From the NCBI GenBank assembly GCA_977020255.1, contig CDROCS010000851.1, positions 434,001 through 498,000 on the forward strand: 64,000 nt of DNA. Direction: 5' to 3'. The notes under the pieces were generated by a model. The model made no database searches. It was not told the origin of the DNA and saw only the letters and a program-made list of their open reading frames with translations. Of the stretch, positions 26,129 to 36,858 are shown one piece after another. Source of the stretch: Obrimoposthia wandeli. Lineage: Eukaryota. The first letter of the stretch is position 1. Each line of letters opens with the position of its first letter. The translations under genes and the position numbers were made by a program.

Positions 26129-27024
26129 TTATATTATGTGTTTAAGTGGCCACATGGGAAAAGATTCCACGGAAATCATATCCGTTATGCAAACGACACA
26201 TTCGGGATTTGGTAAGAGGTATTCGAGATAATTTATACGATGTTTTGCTTCAGATTTTATTTCTAACGATCTTAAATCCATTATAAACTCATATATAGAA
26301 TCATATTTATTACCGAATGTTTTAAACCTATTAACTAAAACGGCTTTGATTCTATCGTGGCTATACTCACGTTTCAGCAAAACTATTTGACGAGTTTCCA
26401 TCTGAGCATCAATTTCATCATTACTAATATGATATTCCACAATACATCCGTTCTTGATTCCCATACTAGATGCTTTACAATCTCGAGTATGAAAGATTCT
26501 TTCGGGCATAGTATCAATAAACTCTTTCAGTTAGAAACCACATCGATAAAATCATTCCAAATATAGACATGTAGGAAAATCGACAATGTAGGTATTTCAA
26601 TATCATTAAAATAATTATTACGTACAATAACTACTTTATCTATTGGAGTTGAATCAAAATAAATTTCCTTGGTGTTGGAATCAATTATTAGTATATTTGA
26701 TACATTCATTTTCAAAACAAACGGACATGTTGGGAAATATAGCATATGCTGCTTCATTGGTTTCAGATCGTACTCCCATTCCGATATTCCTCCCAGACAG
26801 TAAACACACATTACATTATCTTTCGAATCATCGTGCTTATAAAATCCTGCTTCTGCTACAGCTTTCTTATCCGCTAGACCAGTAAACTTTGCTTGTAATG
26901 ATTCTAATCTTCTTTCTTCATATATCATATTTTCATTTCTTCTTGAAATCTTTTCAAAACACCGTCGTCTAATGCTGAGTTCTCCATTTTGCGAAACATA
27001 ATGTGCAATAAATTTAGTAGTCAT
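26129..27024 (-). pseudogene. iap: IAP-like gene: BIR domain plus C-terminal RING, frameshifted and truncated
   Basis: C-x2-C-x16-H-x6-C (CVYC..H..PTC) preceded by AEAGFY; CVVC..SF then PCGH after a one-base frameshift. Confidence 0.85.
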
Positions 27025-27033
27025 AACAAAATT

Positions 27034-27060
27034 GAATGAGGAAATTGTCTAGCTTATATA
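27034..27060 (-). promoter_or_regulatory. TATA box and TCATTC initiator upstream of the IAP gene
   Basis: TATATAAG ~20 nt upstream of TCATTC, then ATG at 27024. Confidence 0.4.
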
Positions 27061-27443
27061 GTAAGTGAAATCTATTTTAGTAACATTCTTAGTTTTTACA
27101 AGAAATGTCATGTGATGTCTTTGTCTTAAGAATAAAGCAGTATAAACAATATTTTGATAATGATTTTATTGAAAATGAATAATCAAAATAATCAAAGTAG
27201 AGTAGAGTATATAGGTTCTGGTAGTAATTTATATTCTAATATGAATTAGAATAGAAATAATCAGAGAGAAAATATTAATCCATCAAGTCAAACAATAACA
27301 AGTCCTACGCGCGTAACCGAAGAACGTAAGCCCTTTAAGGATATGACTAATACTAAACGATTTTCATAAACAAGAATGTCGACCAATTAGAATTGAGCTT
27401 TAGAGGATAAACAATTGAATATTTCAACTTATAATTGTAAATA

Positions 27444-27830
27444 TGAATTTTGAAAGCTATATCAACCTATGCATACATATTATGGATATGAGATGCATTT
27501 TTTGAAGAAAGCTCATAACTATAATTTTATTTTTTCTGTCAACACCGAGCCGTTTAAATTTGATTTTGAAGTATCACATTTGACATCTGTGGATAAAGAG
27601 AGAATCAATATTATCTTGACTCAAATAGGAAATAACTATGCGCTTCAGGAAAACAAATTCATAATCAAAGGATAAACTGCCACTTTCAAGCAGGAGAATG
27701 GAACAATATTCGAAGGACCTCATCCTAAAGTAGAATGGATTCTCTCAATCAGAATTCAAGGATGCAAGATCGATCCCAGTGGATTGGAAACTCCGATATG
27801 GAAAATAATTGAAGCTGTTAGAGTTGACTA
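27444..27830 (+). pseudogene. Uncharacterised Polinton protein, homologue of 34170-34544
   Basis: YYGYEMHFL ~ YYEYDMFFL; WILSIRIQGCK..TPIWKI ~ WMLEIKILGYK..TLIWRI; frameshift and stop. Confidence 0.6.
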
Positions 27831-27968
27831 ATACATTTTTGTGTCTTTATTTGTATTATTTTATTTTATATATAAACAATAGTGATACTTTAATAATATT
27901 TATTATGAAAATGACTAAAAAAACCTACTAAATCATTAAAGTCAAAAAACACTAAGGTTAAAAAGACT

Positions 27969-28232
27969 ATGAGTAAAAAGACTATAAGTAAAAAGAAAAT
28001 CATGGAAGTTTTGGGTATTCATATGGTGGTAGGAAATCTTTTAGGTGGATGGTTTGGTGGAGTTGATAAAAAAGCTATAAAACATAAAAAGAATGTGGAT
28101 TATATTAGAGGTATACAAAAAGGGAATGGATTGCAAAAAGGGGATGGTATACAAAAAGGGGATGGTATGCTTGATATTTTTGTAAAATTAGATAAAGTTG
28201 TAAAAGCATTTGAAAAGGATCCTAGTTCCTAA
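27969..28232 (+). CDS. Small basic protein with QKGxG repeats
   Basis: Lys-rich; IQKGNG-LQKGDG-IQKGDG. Confidence 0.5.
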   Translation: MSKKTISKKKIMEVLGIHMVVGNLLGGWFGGVDKKAIKHKKNVDYIRGIQKGNGLQKGDGIQKGDGMLDIFVKLDKVVKAFEKDPSS

Positions 28233-28279
28233 CTTGGTAGAAAACTTTTACTAAAATCTCCAAAGAGTTTGTAATTACA

Positions 28280-28521
28280 TAAAGTTGCAATATAGATGCA
28301 GTACGTGACTGTCTTTGTAGGTATTGATGACTGTCTTTGTTAGACACTTACACACATACATACATGTATAAGAATAAATGTAGTACGTGACTTGTTACTA
28401 TTGATTACATAAAGTTGCAAGTTTTTGCTATATAGATGAAGTACATGACTGTCTTTGTTAGATAGATACAGGAACATTTAAACATATTTATCAAATTATA
28501 TAATACTTATTTTTATAAGTA
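28280..28521 (-). repeat. Element A right inverted repeat
   Basis: Reverse complement of 16498-16751. Confidence 0.9.
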
Positions 28522-28559
28522 GATAATTTAATTGAATTTAGTTTAAATAAATTATATAA

Positions 28560-29034
28560 ACTTGATTACACACACACACATACACGGGATGTCTTTTGGT
28601 GAAGGCCGCGTGTTAGTACAACCTTTAGATAAAAATATATATAGTTTTAAAGTATGTTACTAAAAATAGAATATGAGTCATGCAATGAGTTATCGAGGAG
28701 TCATCTTTTTGACCTCACCGCGACCTTAATGTTATATGACCTTAAATTGACCTTAAATGACCTTGTCCTCATGAGGTCATGTCCTCATCGTGACCTTAAG
28801 CTGAGCTCAAGGGGGTGTGTGCTCAAAATGTCTTTGTCCTGAAAGACGCACATCCCCCTACTTGATGTATGTCTTTCAGGACAAAGACATTTTTCTAGAC
28901 CTAGATTTTCTTAAGGTCATGACCTACGTCTTGTTCTCACCGTGACCTTAACTTGACCTACATTTTTTGTCCTCATCATGACCTGAACCTTTCCTCAGGG
29001 GGGTTTTGTTCCAGAAGTGCTACATCTACCTACT
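28560..29034 (-). repeat. Polinton terminal region: GACCTT-rich repeats, 23-bp-stem hairpin (28825-28893), ending CTACCTACT
   Basis: Same 9-nt terminus as the right end of element B (41794-41802). Confidence 0.7.
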
Positions 29035-29262
29035 CACATGTACACAATTCCGTATCACGAATTGCGCAATTCAATGTTCTCCAAGAAGATTTGAGGTATG
29101 AGTATTGACAATATATCCACCAGGCACTAATGTTGGGATTTTTTCCATCGTGTATACACTCTTAAATTGCGGTCCTAGCAACAAACTAGTTATTTCATTC
29201 ACTTGAACAGTACTTTAGGTTAATAAAATCGTTAAAAAATTAAATTAAAAAACACATTTCAT
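29035..29262 (-). pseudogene. PRO: Protease 5' part with decayed intron (29213-29257)
   Basis: ATG AA...AG T ACT GTT CAA gives MNTVQVNEI..FKSVYTMEKIP..GGYIVNT..GEH*IA. Confidence 0.75.
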
Positions 29263-29511
29263 ACAATCACACGTCGGCCTTTAGTTATTTCAACTTCAGA
29301 ATCAAAAATCCCGTAAATCAGTACGTTTGTCAGGACTGTTAATGACTTGTGAAACTTAATGTCAAGATGTAAATTACCCTGTTTTTCTAATTGGTTTTGT
29401 GTGATATCAAAGTCAGGGGCTAAATCAAAAGTGAAAAGTAAAAAATGGATAATAATTTTTGAATTCACCCAATGATACGCCATTGTTTATATTCTTATCC
29501 AAGTTACCCAT
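29259..29511 (-). pseudogene. MCP: MCP C-terminal fragment
   Basis: LAPDFDI..GNLHLDIKF..IYGIFDSEVEITK. Confidence 0.85.
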
Positions 29512-30420
29512 ATGAATACGGAAAACTGTAGGTTTATCAATTACTTGTAATTCAGGTTTATAAAATTTCCCTGTTATTACATTACAATCATCATCAACTA
29601 TAGAGTACATTACAGGATTTGCACGTTTGTCTATTTTCTCTATCCTAAACACCTCATCACTCCAATTCAGATCAAAGTTTTTAATAAAGGGGCTACCACT
29701 AAACTGTCATATCCGAACATAATCATTATTCTTATGTTTAGGTTTCTTAACTTTACCGGCTTGATTAAATACTTAACCAAATTTCCATTGAATTTTTGTT
29801 GGTAATATCAACAGGTCTCAATCCGTCTAAACATCTATGCTTACTGTGTTTGTATGAAGTCATTACGTTTGTTAAACGTCAGCACATCTTTGATTGCCTT
29901 TGCAATAAAATGTCTTTTCAAACGATCTTTGAATATTCTATTAAACCTTTCAACTACTGCAGCTTTGAATTGTAAAACTACATAGTACTATTTTAATTTC
30001 TTAAATAAATGACCTACAATTTTGTTGTAAAACTATTTACCCTTATCGGTTTGCACATGTATAGCGAACATTTTCAATCATTATACTTAGATGAGCCAGT
30101 ATATCCTTTCCTAATTTAGATTTTACAGGTAATGCACGTGCATACCTTGTAAACACATCAATACATGTTAAAATATAATTGTTATCATCATATGGTATCA
30201 TTTCCATCAAATCGGCCTGCCATAAATCGTTAGGACCGCTTGTTCTGTATTCTCGAGTCTGGGGCCTCCTTTTCATTGGCTTGTTTAGACTGTATGCTAG
30301 CTGATTGCTTAGCCATTTCTAATTTTCTTTTGACTCGTTTGACCATTTGATGATAGTTTGCCAATATTATTTTTTACAACAAGTGAATTTCAAATCGATG
30401 TTTGGTAAGGTGTTACCCAT
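29512..30420 (-). pseudogene. INT: Integrase (chromodomain deleted)
   Basis: WQADLMEM, CIDVFTRY, VERFNR, GKFYKPELQ. Confidence 0.85.
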
Positions 30421-30425
30421 TTTGT

Positions 30426-30755
30426 TTATGATTGTGTCCACTTTACAATCAAAGGAGATAATAAAGTAGCAATTATCGGTATTAATGCATCGATAAAACC
30501 ACCTTTTTGTTTTTGAATTACTCTACGTTTACATATTTTGCCTTTAGTATTCACTAAATCAAGTAAAACTTGTTGATGTTTTCTTAGGTTGAGTTTATTA
30601 TTACCGATTTTTACAGAACCTTTTGTAATATTAAACAACTCTTCAACCAACTTATCAATAACTAAGGGTTGAAATGACTTGAAAATACGTGCTCTATATA
30701 TGCTTGGAGACTTGATTAAAGCCTGAATGTAGGGAAGTATAGATTTTGAAATCAT
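30426..30755 (-). CDS. pX-like small core protein (QKGG/FIDALIPIIATLL)
   Basis: Homologous to 35358-35687; intact ORF. Confidence 0.7.
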   Translation of the reverse strand: MISKSILPYIQALIKSPSIYRARIFKSFQPLVIDKLVEELFNITKGSVKIGNNKLNLRKHQQVLLDLVNTKGKICKRRVIQKQKGGFIDALIPIIATLLSPLIVKWTQS

Positions 30756-31030
30756 ATTTAATGAATTAAACTATTTTTCTTAATTGATTTCTTAACAGGC
30801 TTATTCTTCTTTAATGTGTTAATTTTTACCGGTTTCCTCTTTACTGTCTTGGCCGATTTCCTTAATGATCCATTGACTACTTTACGTTGATAAAGCACTG
30901 ATTTAATAAGATGTTTAATATGAGAATTTAATATTTATCATCAATTTGTTATCATTTGCGTGTAATGTATCACCCGGTCTCCATTTACGTCCAACTCCAA
31001 CGGGCATTGTTTCTTTCACAAATGACAGAA

Positions 31031-31643
31031 TTAACATGTATATATGCTTTTCTTTTGCTTATACACAAAATCATTATTGAAAATATCGGTTCTCACGCAT
31101 AAATCACCTTGACATTCCTGGACAATTCATGAGGGTTTGTTGTAGCATCTTGAAATGTGTCAATCAAATATTGCTTATTACAAGGGAAAGCTTGACAGGC
31201 AACAAAGTCGATAACCGTTTGATCTCATGGATTCTTAAATAATACCAGATAATAAATATTTAAATTCCGAGTACAGTGTTGACCACCTTGATGAAAGAGA
31301 TTTTAAGTGATAAAAATCACTGTTACATTCCTATGTCTGGCTATTTCTGTAAACATGTTTATTAAAATCCGACTCTTTATTTGCTTCATCATACAAGTCA
31401 TTAATTACAATGACATCTCCTGAATTTAATCTCATAGACCATTTATTATCAAAATCATTAATAAACTGAATATCCGTCAATTTACATAATTCTGTGCGTG
31501 TTAAATCCGTAATGCCAGTATATTCTACTAAACCTTTGATTGAACATGCTTTTAATTTTAAGTAATTTAGTTACAAAGTGGATTTTCCCACTCCCACTAG
31601 GTCCTACTATTTGGTAAACAGCGTTATTTTTAAGTTTCATCAT
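31031..31643 (-). pseudogene. Packaging ATPase
   Basis: GPSGSG Walker A, VIVIND Walker B, FKNP*DQ; frameshifts. Confidence 0.85.
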
Positions 31644-32362
31644 AGTAGGTAAAAGGATGAAGTCTAAGCCACTTGACCCCCCCTAAAGGGTGTCACACCA
31701 TAACGGTGTCTTGCCACACCATAAGGGTATATGTTGCCTCACCTCAGGTGAGGCAACATATACCCTTATGGTGTGACACCCTTTAGGGGGAGGCGGGAGG
31801 GGGAGGGGAGGGGGAAGGATAGGGGGGTCAAGTGGCTTAGACTCCATCCTTCTTTGATATACCACTATGGTCGTCCATAGGTTAAAGGGTCAAGTGGCTT
31901 AGACTCCATCCTTCTTTGATATACCACTATGGTCGTCCATAGGTTAAAGGGTCAAGTGGCTTAGTCTCCACCCTTCTTTTTGAGATATACCACTATGAAA
32001 GGGTCAAGTGGCTTAGTCTCCACCCTTCTTTTTGTGATATACCACTATGAAAGGGTCAAGTGGCTTAGTCTCCACCCTTCTTTTTGTGATCTAGTCTCCA
32101 CCCTTCTTTTTGTGATCTAGTCTCCACCCTTCTTTTTGGTTAACCACTAATTCAAAGGGTCAAGTGGCTTAGTCTCCAACCTTCTTTTTGTGATCTAGTC
32201 TCCACCCTTCTTTTTGGCTAACCACTAATTCAAAGGGTCAAGTGGCTTAGTCTCCACTCTTCTTTTTGTGATCTAGTATCCACCCTTCTTTTTGGCTAAC
32301 CACTAATTCAAAGAGTCAGGTGGCTTAGTCTCCACCCTTCTTTTTGTGATTTAGTCCATAAT
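31644..32362 (+). repeat. Element B left TIR: palindromic terminal ~210 bp plus tandem tagtctccacccttctttt units
   Basis: Matches reverse complement of 41329-41802; perfect hairpin 31715-31775. Confidence 0.95.
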
Positions 32363-33584
32363 AATGCTTTTCTAATGACAAATCGGTTTTGAAACCATGT
32401 AAACACTTTTCACACCATTTTCTGCTAATTCTAGTCGTTCCAGTTCGAATATTTAATAGCCGGTTAAGACAACTTATTCCTATATAATGAAACCGTTCCT
32501 TGGATTCTAGTAACAATAAATTAACTATAGTTCCTTCCTTCATTTTTGATTTGTATGCAACATCGATATAAGGATTCTTGATAACATCAGTTTTTGATTC
32601 TTTTTCACTTACCTCGTTGAATATGAATACATTTATTATTATACCAGGATTTTGCCGTTCAAATTTTGATATATTTGATATTTTCATAGGCATGTCTTCG
32701 GAATTATATACAAAATCATTTAAAAATCTTTCATAGTTGCTTGGTCTATTTCTATGTGAGTCTATTTCATTATATTTAAGTATTGACAATATTGCATAAA
32801 TAAAGCAAAGATTATCAGAGTTTAGAATATTTATGACTGCTTTAGATTTTGTAAGAGAATTTGGTGATTTAATATATGAATGACCTGACAATGCACAAAT
32901 TTGACTATATTTAGTAACAATAAATGCATATTCAAGTATATTCATCAATTTCCAACCACTACCCTTTTCTGAATATTCTTCAACTTTATTTTCCATTGTA
33001 TCTTCCATTTCTGAAATTATAGCATGTGAAAAAATCATTGCTCGATGTGAAGCATACCATTCTTTAGTTTCTCCATCATTCTTTTCAAACCTCATTCTAA
33101 TGATGTATTGTATCTTTGCTTTTCCCATTAATTGCACTATTCTTTCTAGTTCGTTTAATAATGAAACTGGAACCTTAAGACTTACAAGATTGAGATGATC
33201 TACTTTCATGGATATCATTGAATAACTATTTTCTAACGATGTTTTAGTATGTATATTGTCATTTATTTTACGTTTTCGTGACGGAGTAGGAGCTGAAATT
33301 ACTATGTTTGATGGTACATTAATTATATCAGTTCTTTTGCTTAAAGCCGGTACTTTAAATAATTTTTTCTAACTAACATTTTCATATTCTTTTAAATGAC
33401 TAACATGTCGACTATAAAATAAGTTGTAATCAACATTTTCAGTGCTTAAACATTGTGGACATATGAAATAATTTATCCTTTTGTATGAATAACCATAATA
33501 TTTTTTCATTATATCATGACATTCTTGAGGATTAAAATGTGTATCCGAATAACAAAAATTTGAATAAGTTTTACATATACTCAT
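32325..33584 (-). pseudogene. pPolB: pPolB N-terminal region only (Cys/His domain and terminal-protein region), truncated at the TIR
   Basis: Collinear with A 19289-20793 (YIKSP..AVINILNSDNLCFIYAILS, NPYIDV, FHYIGI..LNRLL, WCEKCLHGF); in-frame TAG at 33369-33371. Confidence 0.85.
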
Positions 33585-33689
33585 CTGATGATATGATTGA
33601 TTTGATTGGACTTGAGATATTGGTTGATTTGTAGACTGAATAAAAAAATATATATATATAAATACAATAATTTAATTATTTTACTTACA

Positions 33690-34154
33690 ATGTTAACAAA
33701 TATTAATTATAAAGGAATTTGCTTAGATGATGTATCCAAATTAAAATTTCGAACACGACCAGAACAATACGTTTATAAAGCCAAAGATTATACAATACTT
33801 ATTTTTAGAAATAAGAAATGCAGGATTATGGGATGTAAGGTACCTATTAAAAATATTTCTTACCCTTTAAGAATAAATATACTTGGTATTCAATCAATTA
33901 CGATATGTGAAAATTTAGAACAAAGTTTCAATCTATTTAAATTATCGAATGTATTACGTAATGCATGTTCATTTGACCCTGAGGTTTTCCCAGGCTTAAG
34001 ATTAAATATTTTCAATCCATTGTGTGTAAATATTTTCACATCTGGAAAGGTCGTAATTTTAGGTCTTAGAAATTTAGATTTTCAAAATCAAGTTAACGAT
34101 ATTATGACATACATTAAAAATAAATTATATAAATACGAAACAATTTCTAATTAA
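33690..34154 (+). CDS. TATA-binding-protein-like protein (154 aa)
   Basis: Two TBP-like repeats: TILIFRNKKCRIMG and SFDPEVFPGLRL..VNIFTSGKVVILG (cf. YEPELFPGL..LIFVSGKVVLTG). Confidence 0.85.
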   Translation: MLTNINYKGICLDDVSKLKFRTRPEQYVYKAKDYTILIFRNKKCRIMGCKVPIKNISYPLRINILGIQSITICENLEQSFNLFKLSNVLRNACSFDPEVFPGLRLNIFNPLCVNIFTSGKVVILGLRNLDFQNQVNDIMTYIKNKLYKYETISN

Positions 34155-34169
34155 ATCATTCAATTTTAA

Positions 34170-34544
34170 ATGTCTTATAAAGCCGTTCAAAAGTATTACG
34201 AGTATGATATGTTCTTCTTGGCATCTGTATGGATTCAACCAATGACATTATCGAAAACTTTGTACAATTACCGAGTCTCTGATTTTGACGACAAAGACAT
34301 TCAAAAATTCAATGAAATCGTCAAATATTTGAAAATTGATGTCGAACTTGAGAATGAGGGTATATTTATGCGCGGAGATAAGTGCAAATTTTATGATTGT
34401 GGTGGAACAAAGATTTCGGATATTCAAGAAGATGGAAGAAGTTGGATGCTCGAAATAAAAATTCTCGGATATAAAATAAATAAACAGAATGAAACAACTC
34501 TCATCTGGAGGATTCATACAGCGACCGAATATTTTGATGTTTAA
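34170..34544 (+). CDS. Uncharacterised Polinton protein (124 aa)
   Basis: Intact ORF with a homologue in element A. Confidence 0.7.
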   Translation: MSYKAVQKYYEYDMFFLASVWIQPMTLSKTLYNYRVSDFDDKDIQKFNEIVKYLKIDVELENEGIFMRGDKCKFYDCGGTKISDIQEDGRSWMLEIKILGYKINKQNETTLIWRIHTATEYFDV

Positions 34545-34625
34545 TAAATATTTAATAAAATGTTGTTATTGTTATAAACATGTACTTATTCTGATATATT
34601 TATTTTATATTAATATTTATATATA

Positions 34626-35255
34626 ATGTTATTAACAAACAATTCAACTTTTCAAGTAGTAGGACCAAGTGGTAGTGGAAAAACTTTATTTGTTTGTAAA
34701 TTATTAAATTCAAAAATGTTTAAAAATAAATTTAATAAAATATATTGGCATCAAGGTGGTGATGGAGAAGCTGGTTTAACAAACCAAGAATTTAATAAAA
34801 TAAAAAACATTAAGATTATTAACGGTTTTGATGAAAATTGGACGACAAGACTCGTAAAAGGTGATGTAATTGTTATTGATGACTTATATCAAGAGGCTAA
34901 CAAAGAATCTGATTTTAATGATTTATTTACAAAAATTGCAAGACATAGAGAAGTTACTGTAATTTTTATAACCCAAAATTTATTTCATCAAGGAGGAAAT
35001 CATCGTACTCGTAATCTTAATGTACATTATTTGATTTTATTCAAAAATCCTAGAGATCAGACAGTGATAGATTTTATTGCTCGTCAAGCATTTCCTCATA
35101 ACAAGAGTTATTTAATTGATGCGTTTCATGATGCTACATCTTTACCTCATGGTTATTTATTTTTAAATTTTACTCAATCATGTCCTGATGATTTAAGAAT
35201 TGTTACTGATATATTTAACCGTAATGGTATTACAGTCTATAAACAAAATAAATAA
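34626..35255 (+). CDS. A32/FtsK-like packaging ATPase
   Basis: GPSGSGKT, VIVIDD, IFITQNLF, LFKNPRD. Confidence 0.95.
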   Translation: MLLTNNSTFQVVGPSGSGKTLFVCKLLNSKMFKNKFNKIYWHQGGDGEAGLTNQEFNKIKNIKIINGFDENWTTRLVKGDVIVIDDLYQEANKESDFNDLFTKIARHREVTVIFITQNLFHQGGNHRTRNLNVHYLILFKNPRDQTVIDFIARQAFPHNKSYLIDAFHDATSLPHGYLFLNFTQSCPDDLRIVTDIFNRNGITVYKQNK

Positions 35256-35274
35256 TAATAATGTTTTAAAATAA

Positions 35275-35400
35275 AATGAATTTTAAAAAGAGTATTCTTA
35301 AACATAGCAAAAGGACAGATAAAGATGAAGTTAAAAAATTAATAAACACTGTATTATATGATCGTAATAATATTGAATTTTCAAAAAGTTTATTATTTTA
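35275..35400 (+). CDS. Small basic ORF (41 aa)
   Basis: KDEVKKLINTVL ~ KPEVKKWIKSVL in A; a basic ORF occupies the same position in C. Confidence 0.4.
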
Positions 35401-35687
35401 AAACCTTAATTGACGTACCAAAAACGAATAAAATGAAAATGTTGAAATCATTTCCAATTTATGTAGTTGATGATTTAATAAAAATTTTAAATAAAATAAT
35501 TTATGGTAAAATTAAACCTGATGATAATATTTTAAAATATAAAAATTCATTAATAAATTTAGCAAATTCACGTGGTAAAATTAATAAAAGAAACATTATT
35601 TATAGTCAAAATGGCGGATTCATATTGGCCCTACTGCCCGCTATAGCATCAGTAATAGCTAGTGTTATATCTTCAAGATGGGGATAG
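35358..35687 (+). CDS. pX-like small core protein (QNGG/FILALLPAIAS)
   Basis: GG followed by a hydrophobic helix, like adenovirus pX; homologues in A and C. Confidence 0.7.
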   Translation: MIVIILNFQKVYYFKTLIDVPKTNKMKMLKSFPIYVVDDLIKILNKIIYGKIKPDDNILKYKNSLINLANSRGKINKRNIIYSQNGGFILALLPAIASVIASVISSRWG

Positions 35688-35832
35688 TTGTCTTAATAAC
35701 GAAAATAATTACATTCATTCGTTTTATACAAACATATAAACAGATTAAAAATATATTTAACTTTTATAATAATGGGGATAAACAATACAAAGTTGTCTAA
35801 CTTATTTATAAATTTTAATTCTTCATGCTGCA

Positions 35833-36858
35833 ATGGAAAAGATTTGGAACAATCCAGAAGATCCAGACGGTTATACAGGGTTAGAAAAATTGACAAAAAG
35901 AGTCAAACAATCAAAAACAAACACACAAAAATGGTTAAGAAATGAATTATCATATAGTTTGAATAAACCTTTAAGACGTAAATTCCCTACTAGATCATAT
36001 AAAACTAATGGTATTAATTCGTTATGGCAGATGGATTTAATGGAAATGATTCCTTATTCTTCAGTAAATAATGGATTCAAGTATATTTTAACTTGTATTG
36101 ATGTATTTAGTCGTTTTGCAAGGGCAGTTGGTGTTAAATCAAAATCAGGTATTGATTTATTACATGCAATAGAATCTTTAATTGTTGATGATGTACCAGT
36201 AAATATCCAAACCGATGAAGGTAAAGAATTTTTTAATTCACATGTTAAGAAATTATTTAAAACTGAAAATATCAAACATTATTCAGTATATTCTCAATAT
36301 AAAGCTGCAGTAGTTGAAAGATTTAATAGAACGTTAAGAGAACGGTTAAAGAAATATTTTATTAAACAAGGTAATAAGAAATGGGTGAATGTATTACCAA
36401 AAATTATTTATGCTTATAATAATTCTAAACATAGAGGTTTAGATGGTTTAAAACCTGTAGATGTAAATAATAAAAATGAATTTGATATTTTGTTGAAACA
36501 AAATCTAAAAGAAAAGAAAGTTAAATCTAAATATAAAATTGATGATTATGTTCGAATATCAAAAATAAGTACAAGTCCATTTATTAAAAATTTTAATCAA
36601 AATTGGAGTGATGAGGTTTTTCAAATTCATGATATTAATTATAAACAAAATCCAATAATGTATATTTTAAAAGATATTGATAACGTCATCATCAAAGGAA
36701 AATTTTATAAACAAGAGTTACAATTAATTGATAAACCTAAACTATATCGAATACAAGAAATTTTAGAAACTAAAGGTCGTGGTAAGAATAAACAATATTA
36801 CGTAAAGTGGCACGGATACTCTGAACCTTCTTGGATATTTGCTTCTCAAATTGAATAA
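35833..36858 (+). CDS. INT: DDE integrase with C-terminal chromodomain
   Basis: WQMD, QTDEG, VERFNRT; YYVKWHGY..SW; intact 341 aa. Confidence 0.96.
   Translation: MEKIWNNPEDPDGYTGLEKLTKRVKQSKTNTQKWLRNELSYSLNKPLRRKFPTRSYKTNGINSLWQMDLMEMIPYSSVNNGFKYILTCIDVFSRFARAVGVKSKSGIDLLHAIESLIVDDVPVNIQTDEGKEFFNSHVKKLFKTENIKHYSVYSQYKAAVVERFNRTLRERLKKYFIKQGNKKWVNVLPKIIYAYNNSKHRGLDGLKPVDVNNKNEFDILLKQNLKEKKVKSKYKIDDYVRISKISTSPFIKNFNQNWSDEVFQIHDINYKQNPIMYILKDIDNVIIKGKFYKQELQLIDKPKLYRIQEILETKGRGKNKQYYVKWHGYSEPSWIFASQIE

Larger units (their letters stand above)
16498..28521 (-). mobile_element. Polinton/Maverick element A (decayed; may extend to terminus at 29034)
   Basis: ~250-bp inverted repeats at both ends enclosing pPolB, protease, MCP, minor capsid, integrase and an ATPase fragment. 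Confidence 0.9.
29035..31643 (-). mobile_element. Polinton fragment C (ATPase, basic ORF, pX-like, integrase, MCP C-terminus, protease N-terminus)
   Basis: Same gene order as B in reverse; many stops; bounded by Polinton termini on both sides. Confidence 0.88.

Noticed and set aside
31644-32362. Repeat array superficially like CRISPR
   Set aside because: No unique spacers, eukaryotic context, and mirrored at the other end as a TIR
33369-33404. 36-nt GTTAGT...TAG segment that would remove the in-frame stop in B's pPolB
   Set aside because: It would delete the His of RHVSHL that is conserved in A (RHRTHL); nonsense mutation is more likely
35350-35390. GT-AG pairs that could fuse the small basic ORF to the pX-like ORF
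   Set aside because: The 38-nt option is out of phase, the in-phase option is only 25 nt, and C also has two separate ORFs
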